Assembly: GCA_031278845.1 (NCBI GenBank)
Contig: JAITJQ010000078.1
Coordinates: 1 to 54,676 of the forward strand
Direction: 5' to 3'
Source: Puniceicoccales bacterium
GTDB lineage: Bacteria; Verrucomicrobiota; Verrucomicrobiia; Opitutales; LL51
DNA: 54,676 nucleotides
The notes under the pieces were generated by a model. That model saw only the letters and a list, made by a program, of their open reading frames with translations. It was not told where the DNA came from and did not search any database. Below are positions 36,284 to 44,426 of the stretch, piece by piece. Position numbers and translations under genes: made by a program. Position 1 is the first letter of the stretch. The number at the start of each line of letters is the position of its first letter.

Positions 36284-37465
36284 ATGAGTGGAAATTACAG
36301 TAAAAATAGAAGTGTGAATGAGGATTATGTGCACGTGGATCGCGATCAACTCGTTTCCGTTTCGGGGATTTTAGAAATTGAATCCGGTAGCAGATTTGGA
36401 AATCTTATCGATTTGTGTTATTTGGGCAAGGTGCAGCGGGAAGATCCCTACATTGCACGGGATATGTTGATGCGCTATCGGTTACGCCGTGGGATGTTCA
36501 TTGAGGCAAAAATACTACGGCGCAGCGATTACCCCGATCCACGGGTTATCGAGATCGAAAGGATTGATGGCCTATCGCCTTCGATGCGCATGGAGTTACC
36601 TAAATTCGAGGATCGGACTTCTTTGGCGCCGGATCGACCGTTATCCCTGGAGACTGGGGATGGTCGTCTGTCTAATCGTATTATCGATCTCTTTGCTCCC
36701 GTTGGTAAGGGCCAGCGGGGGCTCATTGTGGCGCCACCGAAAACCGGTAAGACGACGATACTCCACGATATTGCGGTAGGTATTAAGGAAAATCATCCCG
36801 ATTGTCATCTTATGGTTTTGCTTGTCGATGAGCGGCCGGAGGAGGTTACCGATTTTCGGCGTACCGTCGATGCGGAATTATTTGCTTCCTCCAACGATGA
36901 GTCCCGGCTCATGCAAATTCAGGTTGCCGAATTGGCTATCGAACGCGCTAAGCGCCTTACGGAAACGGGTAAAGATGTGGTTCTTTTACTCGATTCGATT
37001 ACCCGATTGGCGAGGGCATACAATCGACAATTTTCCAGTGGGCGAACGATGTCGGGGGGTGTCGATGTGAAGGCATTGGAGCGGCCGCGGATGTTATTTT
37101 CGGCGGCGCGCAACCTGGAGGGGCACGGTAGTCTAACCATTTTAGCTACGGCACTGGTCGAAACGGGTAGCCGCATGGACGATCTCATTTTTCAGGAATT
37201 TAAGGGTACGGGCAATATGGAAATCGTTCTCAACAAAAAATCTGCGGACATGCGCATTTATCCGGCGATCGATGTGCAAGTTTCTGGGACGCGGCGGGAG
37301 GAATTGCTTTTGTCCGCGGGGTTATTGGATAGAATTCACTTTTTTAGGCGGGCTTTAGCGGGGTTAAAACCGGAAGAAGCGGCTGATACACTCATTGCGC
37401 GCATAAAAAGGACAAAAAACAATAAAGAATTCTTGATTTTATTGCAAACGACACTAAGCCATTAG
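36284..37465 (+). CDS. rho: transcription termination factor Rho (N-terminally short)
   Basis: OB/CSD-like VSGILEIESGSRFGNLID...IARDMLMRYRLRRGMFIEAKI, Walker A GQRGLIVAPPKTGKTT, LLVDERPEEV, LLLDSITRLARAYN. An in-frame TAA two codons upstream of the ATG excludes a longer N-terminus. Confidence 0.92.
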   Translation: MSGNYSKNRSVNEDYVHVDRDQLVSVSGILEIESGSRFGNLIDLCYLGKVQREDPYIARDMLMRYRLRRGMFIEAKILRRSDYPDPRVIEIERIDGLSPSMRMELPKFEDRTSLAPDRPLSLETGDGRLSNRIIDLFAPVGKGQRGLIVAPPKTGKTTILHDIAVGIKENHPDCHLMVLLVDERPEEVTDFRRTVDAELFASSNDESRLMQIQVAELAIERAKRLTETGKDVVLLLDSITRLARAYNRQFSSGRTMSGGVDVKALERPRMLFSAARNLEGHGSLTILATALVETGSRMDDLIFQEFKGTGNMEIVLNKKSADMRIYPAIDVQVSGTRREELLLSAGLLDRIHFFRRALAGLKPEEAADTLIARIKRTKNNKEFLILLQTTLSH

Positions 37466-37479
37466 GATATATCAGAGGA

Positions 37480-39237
37480 ATGCAAAATTTTGCGGAACAG
37501 TGTACGGATGTAGCCCGTTCGATTTTGAGTCACAATTTGGGTTACATCGATGAGGAAGGTAATATTCAGGTCGCGGACTACGAGAAACCTGTGGGCGATG
37601 AGGCGGCACACGTCGCATTTGCGCTCGGGGAGTACTATCGTTTGACGCACGAGACGAATTTTCTCCAGCACGACATCATCGATTTAGCGGCGAAAATGAT
37701 TGTTTATCAGTTGGAGAATGTGCCGAAAAGTAATGATTGGGGGGGCTACATCGCTTTAGCGCTACTATCTTTTGGGGCTGTTAAGGAGCGCAATCCGGTT
37801 TGGGAGAAACTTTCGGCGGAGGTGCGCATTCAACTGGACAATTTATTGATTCGTCGGGATGAGCTCAAGGGTAATGGGTTTGCGTGTGCGATTGCGAAGG
37901 CGGTTGCGCGGCACGGTTTGCGCATTACGAAAAAGGATGAAACGGGGAAATTGATCGATCGATTTCTTGCCTATTGCGAAGAGCATTCGACGGGTGGATT
38001 TTTTGATGGGGATAGAGGCAAGGGAATAGGGGGGAATTTCGACGTTAAGGGGCTATTTAATCTTTCGTTTATTCGTCAGGCGCTCCATCTACACACGGAT
38101 AATTTTTTCATTGAAAAAAAATTGCCCAGTCTACGCACCCATGCCGAAAAGTGCATTAATTTGATTCCGGATCTTATGCGGGAGGATGGTACCTGTTGGG
38201 TATATGGGGAATGTGTTGGAGCGTACGCGCAGATGTACTGTATTAGTACGATTTTGCAGGCGTTACGGGATCGTTGGATTGTTCCGGAGAAGCAGTCGTT
38301 ATACGTCAACATTGTCCTTGATTTATTTCAGAAGTTTTTCTGTCACTACATCGATCAGGAGAGCGGTTACATGGTAATTCGCGATGAGGAGCGTTCTTCT
38401 GGGGATGAGCAGAGTAGTATTCGGGCTAATTTTGATGCGGTACGTTATTTATGCCAGTGGTCACGGTTAACGCGGAAGAGTCCGATTGTTGCGGGGCGCA
38501 TACGTCGTGTTTCGGCATTTAAGCCAGGGAATCGGCTTGTTATTTTCGACAAGGGTTTGAAGCGGGAGAGTGGGTTATTTATTTATCGTGATGCGAAAAC
38601 GGGGATGAATTTGCAGCTGCCGTTAATTGGTAGCAATGGGCGGGCGGATAGCGATTGTCTAGCATTTCCGCATTGTCCGGGTGTTTTTGATTGGCCATCG
38701 GGGAAATACCTACCCATTTTGCAACCGGAGTTGACGATTGATGGCAGGCGTTATATTCCGTCCTACTACGGCAAGAAATTGTCGACGGGTTTAGGAAGTC
38801 ACGGGAATATTATTTTTGCCTACGAGCAGCCGGAGCTCATTACGGTAGAGGAGGAAATTGTGCCGGGGATAGCGAGTTGCAAAGTGGCGTGGATATTTTC
38901 GGAGACGAAGATAACGTCGGAGTTTACGTATACGGTGAAGGATCGCATACGCGTCGAGTCTTTGCGGTACATGATCGTGTTAAGTGCACCTCATTCGATT
39001 TATGGGGCGAACAATTTGGCTTTGGACGAGCAGAGTTTAGGGGCAATAGTGGAGCATGACGACATGATGTTGAGTTGGCGAGAGATTGTGGAAGTTGGTA
39101 GTGATATGGAGTATCGGACCTGCTATGGGAAAATTCATTATTTGCAGGAATTATCGCGGAGTTATCCATTGATCATGCATCCGGGGCAGCCGTATCGGTT
39201 GATTGTGAGTTTTATACCTGGAGTGATTCGTATTTAG
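37480..39237 (+). CDS. hypothetical 585-aa cytoplasmic protein, family not recognised
   Basis: Long clean ORF starting 14 nt after the rho stop. No signal peptide or TM. No motif I can name. Confidence 0.6.
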   Translation: MQNFAEQCTDVARSILSHNLGYIDEEGNIQVADYEKPVGDEAAHVAFALGEYYRLTHETNFLQHDIIDLAAKMIVYQLENVPKSNDWGGYIALALLSFGAVKERNPVWEKLSAEVRIQLDNLLIRRDELKGNGFACAIAKAVARHGLRITKKDETGKLIDRFLAYCEEHSTGGFFDGDRGKGIGGNFDVKGLFNLSFIRQALHLHTDNFFIEKKLPSLRTHAEKCINLIPDLMREDGTCWVYGECVGAYAQMYCISTILQALRDRWIVPEKQSLYVNIVLDLFQKFFCHYIDQESGYMVIRDEERSSGDEQSSIRANFDAVRYLCQWSRLTRKSPIVAGRIRRVSAFKPGNRLVIFDKGLKRESGLFIYRDAKTGMNLQLPLIGSNGRADSDCLAFPHCPGVFDWPSGKYLPILQPELTIDGRRYIPSYYGKKLSTGLGSHGNIIFAYEQPELITVEEEIVPGIASCKVAWIFSETKITSEFTYTVKDRIRVESLRYMIVLSAPHSIYGANNLALDEQSLGAIVEHDDMMLSWREIVEVGSDMEYRTCYGKIHYLQELSRSYPLIMHPGQPYRLIVSFIPGVIRI

Positions 39238-39246
39238 GTAGGCGGA

Positions 39247-39335
39247 CAAGGGGGAATCCTTCCCCCTTGGACCCCCTTGCTTTGGGGGCACTACTCCATG
39301 CAAATTACTCCATGCAGATTGCGTGGGGGTAGTGC
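39247..39335. repeat. GC-rich palindrome cluster C
   Basis: CAAGGGGGAA tcc TTCCCCCTTG (39247-69); CCCCC ttgcttt GGGGG (39272-88); GCACTAC (39288-94) pairs with GTAGTGC (39329-35), enclosing an 11-nt direct repeat TACTCCATGCA x2 (39292, 39306). Confidence 0.75.
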
Positions 39336-39440
39336 AATTGGAATAAAGAAAAATCTAGAATAAGAGGAAAAGACAGCCTCAAAATTTTTTTTGCAGAAAT
39401 TATTGGAAAAAGAGTTGACAGGCATGGTGAGTTTTCATGT

Positions 39441-39565
39441 TATAGGGTCACTTCCTGATGGAAGTAAACTTGAATAAGTTTTGCAGTCTAAATGAATTTT
39501 CGCCATGGGGCGAGATAGATATCAAAAAAAATCGGGCGGGAGTTTAAATGGGCTCCCGTCTTTTT
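39441..39565 (+). ncRNA. candidate small RNA (promoter-to-terminator unit without a plausible ORF)
   Basis: TTGACA at 39415-20, then either TGTTAT after 17 nt or an extended-minus-10-like TGtTATAGG. Internal hairpins CTTCC tgat GGAAG and CGCC atgg GGCG. Terminator GGCGGGAG (10-nt loop) CTCCCGTC plus TTTTT at 39535-65. The longest internal ORF is 7 codons. Confidence 0.3.
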
Positions 39566-39717
39566 ATAAAGAAGTTTAAATTAGCGGGGAAAAAGTGTGG
39601 TTTTAAGCGGTAAGGGGTGGGGGGAATAAAAAAATGCATTTGTGTGTAAAAAAATGCTTGTTTTAAAAAAAAAGCGGAATATTATAGCAGACGAACAATT
39701 CAACAAAGGAAATATTT

Positions 39718-40161
39718 ATGGATATAAGTAGAAAAAATGGTAGGAGTGGTATGACGTTGATCGAGATATTGATTGTCATCATGCTGCTAGGTGTTTTGGC
39801 AGGCGTTTTGGTAAAATCGCTGAGTGGTACAGCTGAGGCTGGGAAGCAGGCTGCGGCGAATTTGGGCTGTGAAACAATCAAGACAGCTCTGATGGCCTAT
39901 AAGACAGTTAAGGGCCAGTGGCCAGCGGACAAAGCTACGCTTGTTAATTCTGGTTTCATCGAGAACGATACATTTATAAACCCTTGGGGGAATGGTAATG
40001 GGTATGCTTTTAATAATGGGGTTGATGGTACTGTCCAGATACGTGTTGCATACAGCGACATTCCGGCCCCTGAGTTTGCCGACATCACTGGAGCAAATGG
40101 TGCTGCCTACACCCTGCATCCTTCGGGGAAACTTGAGCCTAAGCCCGCCGCCCCCCACTGA
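39718..40161 (+). CDS. prepilin-type (type II secretion pseudopilin / type IV pilin-like) protein
   Basis: Class III signal: RSG|MTLIEILIVIMLLGVLAGVLV, with Gly at -1 and Glu at +5. 147 aa. No other T2SS or T4P genes in the window. Confidence 0.8.
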   Translation: MDISRKNGRSGMTLIEILIVIMLLGVLAGVLVKSLSGTAEAGKQAAANLGCETIKTALMAYKTVKGQWPADKATLVNSGFIENDTFINPWGNGNGYAFNNGVDGTVQIRVAYSDIPAPEFADITGANGAAYTLHPSGKLEPKPAAPH

Positions 40162-40188
40162 TATTTAACGATTATTGGGATTATTTTC

Positions 40189-40212
40189 AAGTGCACTTCG
40201 GTGCGCTTTTTT
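40189..40212 (+). terminator. rho-independent terminator after the pseudopilin gene
   Basis: AAGTGCAC ttcg GTGCGCTT (stem with one G-T pair, tetraloop) followed by a T-run. Confidence 0.65.
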
Positions 40213-40365
40213 ATTTCTGAAATTTTAGAAGGGAAAAAATTTCAACATTATTGCAAGGCCCCAACATTTATCGCACGATTATTGAAGAATTCCGTTATTC
40301 TACAGATAATCAGCTCCCCAGAATCTCTTCTTCAAAAACCTTTTGATCATTTTAATTCCGTTTTC

Positions 40366-41555
40366 CATCATACAATTATTGAAGAATTCCGGCATCCCGA
40401 AAAATTTGAACAAAATCCTCCAGATTCTCGCCATCGGGTACGGGTTGATTTTGAACGAAATCGCGCCAAACCTGCTCCACGAGATCTCTAGAAATGGAAT
40501 TTTGTTCAATACGCCCTAGGGATTTTTGCAAACTCTCATGATCAAGAAACCGCTCAATTAACCCATTTATCTGCCCCCATTGCAAGCCTTTCTGAATGCC
40601 TTCCTGCAAGCCTTCCTGCAAGCCTTCCTCTTTCTGCCGTTCCAGTTCTTCGTAGTAGGTAGCCACTTCCTGAACTTCTTCCGCGTAAGCCAACTGATCA
40701 TTCCAATTCAAACCACTAAATTTCAGCCTATCCAGCGCTCTAGCAATTTCCCGGGGCATGCCGATGTTTTGGTATTTTTGAATCTCATCCGCTGTGAACT
40801 TTCCCGAATCTTCCATTGCGTAAGACCACCATTCCGCTGCGGTGAGCGCTTCTCCCCTTCGCATTTTAGCGATAATTTCCTTTATTTTATCATCCCAAGA
40901 CTGCTCTATCGCATCCCTTATCTGCTTTTGATGTTGCCTCCATCCTAAGCTTTTCTGCCTGCTTGCTTGCAAGTCTTCCCGTTCACGGCATTCCATTTCC
41001 TGAGCCTCTTTTTCTAAATCTTCCATCATACAATTATTGAAGGATCCCAGCGTTTTGGAGAGTTTGAACAAAATCCTCCAGATTCTCGCCATCGGGTACG
41101 GGTTGATTTTGAACGAAATCGCGCCAAACCTGCTCCACGAGATCTCTAGAAATGGAATTTTGTTCAATACGTCCTAGGGATTTTTGCAAACTCTCATGAT
41201 CAAGAAACCGCTCAATTAACCCATTTATCTGCCCCCATTGCAAGCCTTTTTGAATGCCTTCTTGCAAGCCTTCCTGCAAGCCTTCCTCTTTCTGCCGTTT
41301 CAATTCTTCGTCGTAGGCAGCCACTTCCTGAATCTCTCCCTCGTAAACCTGCTGATCATCCCGATTCCAACCACTAAATTTCAGCTTATCCAAGGCCTCT
41401 GTTATTTCCTCGGGCATGCCGATGTTTTGGTATTTTTGAATTTCATTTTCTGTGAGTTTTTCCGAATTTTCTATCATGTAATACCACCATTCCGCTGCGG
41501 TGAGCGCTTCTCCCCGTTGAATTTTAGCAGCAATTTCCTTTATTCCCTCCAATTC
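40366..41555 (-). repeat. direct repeat: ~530-bp block present twice with a 660-bp offset (40366-40895 and 41026-41555)
   Basis: The first ~290 bp of each copy are nearly identical (catcatacaattattgaag...gccttcctctttctgccgtt), while the remaining ~240 bp are clearly diverged. A 17-bp relic of the block end, ATTATTGAAGAATTCCG, recurs at 40278. Confidence 0.85.
40376..41029 (-). CDS. stand-alone Rpn C-terminal-domain protein (lacks the PD-(D/E)XK nuclease domain)
   Basis: Starts at MMEDLEKEAQEM, 4 nt after the stop of the full-length gene; the longer ORF from 41167 is an out-of-frame artefact of the repeat. Residues from IKEIIAKMRRGEALTAAEWW to the end parallel the C-terminal 170 aa of the upstream Rpn protein, and the last ~95 aa are almost identical. 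Confidence 0.65.
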   Translation of the reverse strand: MMEDLEKEAQEMECREREDLQASRQKSLGWRQHQKQIRDAIEQSWDDKIKEIIAKMRRGEALTAAEWWSYAMEDSGKFTADEIQKYQNIGMPREIARALDRLKFSGLNWNDQLAYAEEVQEVATYYEELERQKEEGLQEGLQEGIQKGLQWGQINGLIERFLDHESLQKSLGRIEQNSISRDLVEQVWRDFVQNQPVPDGENLEDFVQIFRDAGILQ

Positions 41556-42116
41556 GATTTGGATCAAACAAATCCCTTCAATTTCTTGTTCCGAAAATTT
41601 ATCGGTCATACGATAATATTTCCGGAAACTACTATCCCTGAGTGTAGAATAATCAACAAACTGAATGGCATAAACATTTTTGATTTGTGAATGCCATTCA
41701 CTTCCTCCTTCAAATTCTTGATTGGCAAAGGTGGATGCCGCGTAAAATAGTGCCCGCTTGTCGAAATTATTGTGGCGGATAATTTGCATCTCGATGATGA
41801 CATGATCACGGTTATCGATGATGGCATGGTAATCTAGAATAGCGTTCGATCGCTTGCCTTGAAGCGGGATTCTCGTTTCCCCTTTACTGATAATTTGGAT
41901 GGGCGTAGCTATGTCCACAACTTTCATATCGCGGAAGATCTCATTAATGAGTGCCGTAGCGATGCGGTTATCCGACATCATGATTTTGAATGCCGTATCC
42001 GTCGTTGCCCTTACAAAACTGGTGGGTTTCTCGAATCTACGAACTAAACTCACTCCGGGTTCTAAAAATAAATGCTCTTCTCTAGACACGCCTATAAAAA
42101 TAGCATTTTGTCTCAC
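41034..42116 (-). CDS. Rpn/YhgA-like PD-(D/E)XK nuclease (recombination-promoting nuclease / putative transposase family)
   Basis: N-terminal FVRATTDTAFKIMMSDN, core ILDYHAIIDNRDHVIIEMQI....FDKRALFYAS (the D...E-x-Q/K pattern typical of this family), and a helical C-terminal domain. Confidence 0.7.
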   Translation of the reverse strand: MRQNAIFIGVSREEHLFLEPGVSLVRRFEKPTSFVRATTDTAFKIMMSDNRIATALINEIFRDMKVVDIATPIQIISKGETRIPLQGKRSNAILDYHAIIDNRDHVIIEMQIIRHNNFDKRALFYAASTFANQEFEGGSEWHSQIKNVYAIQFVDYSTLRDSSFRKYYRMTDKFSEQEIEGICLIQIELEGIKEIAAKIQRGEALTAAEWWYYMIENSEKLTENEIQKYQNIGMPEEITEALDKLKFSGWNRDDQQVYEGEIQEVAAYDEELKRQKEEGLQEGLQEGIQKGLQWGQINGLIERFLDHESLQKSLGRIEQNSISRDLVEQVWRDFVQNQPVPDGENLEDFVQTLQNAGILQ

Positions 42117-42225
42117 ATGTAAACAAAAATATGTGTAAAAAATATCACGGGAAATGTTTTCCCAGAAGAAGGGAGAAAATATAGACCATTCGGCAAAAGG
42201 AGGCCATTGGGGAAATATGAATTAG

Positions 42226-42966
42226 TTAATGGTTGAGTAGGAAGCGAACGTCTTTGATTTGGAAGTGATTGATGAAGTTTTGTAGCAATAGGGCCGTTGC
42301 TAAAGCATCGTAGGGCGCCCGGTGAAAGGTTAGCGTCTTTGAAAGATTATGTTTCGCTACCCGATCCTTTAATTTTTTTTCCAAGCCGAAATGGTGAATG
42401 AGTCCTGCGACTTCGTAACGTTCCGCCGCGGGGTAATATTTTCTATAAATTTTGTAGGTATCGATCCACGGTCCCCAGGAAATATTTTTCATCGTTGCCA
42501 TTGTGGTGGAGGGTGGAGATTGGGGATTTTCTGAGGGAGCAGTTTGGGGAACATTTTGCGGATTGTGTTCATCCGATGGAGAATCGATTTTTCCGGGAGT
42601 GAGGCAATACTGCCGCAGGAGACGATCCTCTACGGAAGCTCCGTGAGCACAAAAAATGCCTTCCGCCCTTTTTTTAATAAAGAATGGCAAATGGTATTCG
42701 AAACTTTTCGTTTCGCCATTCGAAGAAAAGCGTGAATGTTCCGTGAAGTGGGCCGCTGAATGATCCGAATTGCTACCACAATCCGCAGCCGAAAGGTCCG
42801 CGATAGTATTGTTTTTCAATGTTACTAAGCCGTATTCCAAGATTCCATAAGTGCGGTTACCCTCGAAGTCAATGACATGTATTGTTCCTAACATAAACAC
42901 TATGGGAGATTCTGAATGAAAATTTTGAAGAGTGCAAGATTTTTTCGTGGAAATAGTTTTTTGCAA
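42226..42966 (-). CDS. DEDDh 3'-5' exonuclease (DnaQ-like) with low-complexity insert
   Basis: Exo I IHVIDFEG, Exo II FCAHGASVEDRLL, Exo III FHRAPYDALATALLL. A Pro/Ser/Gln-rich insert (PSDEHNPQNVPQTAPSENPQSPPSTT) lies between Exo II and Exo III. An alternative start MLGTIHV is at 42894. Confidence 0.7.
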   Translation of the reverse strand: MQKTISTKKSCTLQNFHSESPIVFMLGTIHVIDFEGNRTYGILEYGLVTLKNNTIADLSAADCGSNSDHSAAHFTEHSRFSSNGETKSFEYHLPFFIKKRAEGIFCAHGASVEDRLLRQYCLTPGKIDSPSDEHNPQNVPQTAPSENPQSPPSTTMATMKNISWGPWIDTYKIYRKYYPAAERYEVAGLIHHFGLEKKLKDRVAKHNLSKTLTFHRAPYDALATALLLQNFINHFQIKDVRFLLNH

Positions 42967-43004
42967 GGAATTAATTTTTTATCCCATGGCAGAGCATAAT
43001 TTTT

Positions 43005-44426
43005 TCAAAGGGAGCTGGCTCTTTGGTCCATTGTGGAATGGTCGGGTTGGGTGGAGATCCAATTCATTTCCGTAGATATAAGCTTTTTAACGTAGAAAAG
43101 TCCTCCCTCGATGGTCGAAAAATTACCGTTCAACTGGGCGAAATAGGTTTTTAAAAGAATTTCAGAAAAGTCCTTGCTGGGAGATAGGCCGAGTTGAATT
43201 AAATGACGTCCCTGAATAATGGCTTTGGGGGGAGCTTTCAAAATACCAAGCGCTTGGGCGCGATCGGTTATCCAGGTACGTATCGTGTCATTGTTTTTTA
43301 TCCGTCCCAAACAATCGCAATATCCCATGAGGATGAGTAAATCGAGCCGATTGACGTTGTATGAAAGGCGTTGCAATTCCCCATCGGAAGCCTTACGCTT
43401 AAAGAAACGTCGCGGATCCATGTGGTATTGCACCAGCGTTAGCGTTTGCAAAATGATGGGCTTGGGAACCCGTAGCCGCTCCATGAAGTTTTTAGCCGGC
43501 AAGATTCCCGCAATTTCATGCCAATAGGAATGAATTCCCTTACTGTCCTTTATGGTGGTTGCCGGCTTACCGAAATCGTGGCATAGAAGTGCGAATCCAA
43601 GCGTCAAATCGTCCGTAAAATTACCCGTCCTATTGTTGGCAAATGCGTCCAGGGTGCAGCAGGTATGTACAAAAACGTCGCCTTCGGGATGGCGTAGTGG
43701 ATCCTGTTCGACGCCGACTAATCGATGGATTTCCGGGAAAAATTTCAGCCAATCGGCTTGTTTGAGAAAATTTAATCCAATTGATGGCTGAGTACCTTGG
43801 ACAAAAAGCTTAACAAATTCCTGGTAGATACGTTCCGGAGAGAGGGAGTGGGGTGAAAGGGTTTGGCAAAGTTTGATCGTTTCGGGAGCCGGTGTGAATC
43901 GAAATCGTGCGCAAAATTGCATCCCGCGAAGGACGCGAAGGGAATCTTCCCCAAAACGTTCACTCGTATGGCGTAAAATTTTCCGTTGCAAGTCTTCCAC
44001 ACCGTGAAATGGATCGATAATTTGCTGATTTTTGATATCGAAATAAATGGAATTGATCGTGAAGTCGCGGCGTTTAATCGCTTGTTCCAGCGGTAGAAAT
44101 GGATCCTCTTGGGCGGCGAAGTCGGTATGCCGTTGGCCTGTTTTTTGCTCCTGGCGAGGGACACCGATATCGATATCGAGGTCGTGGATTTTGAGGATAC
44201 CGTAGGATTTGCCGACCTGATCGATGGTATAGGTGGGAGTTAGAATTTCGATAATTTTTTCGGAGGTGAGGCCAAAGACTTCGAGGTCGAAATTTTGGCT
44301 CCCAAGGCCTAAAAAATAGTCGCGAACACATCCTCCGACAAGATAGCAATGTCCTCCGTTGGCATGTAACGAGTCAACGATAGTGCGTAAATTCTGGTGA
44401 TTTTCGATGATCGGAAGCAACTTCAT
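43005..44426 (-). CDS. cca: CCA-adding enzyme / poly(A) polymerase family tRNA nucleotidyltransferase with HD domain
   Basis: GGCVRDYFLG and DLEV/DIDI nucleotidyltransferase motifs, RRDFTINSIY, and HD-domain LLCHDFGKP. ATG at 44426 (MKLLPIIENH). Confidence 0.88.
   Translation of the reverse strand: MKLLPIIENHQNLRTIVDSLHANGGHCYLVGGCVRDYFLGLGSQNFDLEVFGLTSEKIIEILTPTYTIDQVGKSYGILKIHDLDIDIGVPRQEQKTGQRHTDFAAQEDPFLPLEQAIKRRDFTINSIYFDIKNQQIIDPFHGVEDLQRKILRHTSERFGEDSLRVLRGMQFCARFRFTPAPETIKLCQTLSPHSLSPERIYQEFVKLFVQGTQPSIGLNFLKQADWLKFFPEIHRLVGVEQDPLRHPEGDVFVHTCCTLDAFANNRTGNFTDDLTLGFALLCHDFGKPATTIKDSKGIHSYWHEIAGILPAKNFMERLRVPKPIILQTLTLVQYHMDPRRFFKRKASDGELQRLSYNVNRLDLLILMGYCDCLGRIKNNDTIRTWITDRAQALGILKAPPKAIIQGRHLIQLGLSPSKDFSEILLKTYFAQLNGNFSTIEGGLFYVKKLISTEMNWISTQPDHSTMDQRASSL

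Noticed and set aside
40300-40509. 69-aa ORF, and the N-terminal 46 codons of the 263-aa ORF (41030-41167), both starting MNKIPFLEISWSRF
   Set aside because: Both are the same out-of-frame reading of the duplicated Rpn 3' block. They overlap the true C-terminal coding frame (...DAGILQ / ...NAGILQ).
40964-43996. Further copies of TTGCAAGTCTTCC (40966 and 43984) as members of the AACATTGCAAGTCT motif
   Set aside because: Both lie inside minus-strand coding regions and simply encode E-D-L-Q with the preferred codons, so they are most likely coding coincidence rather than regulatory sites.
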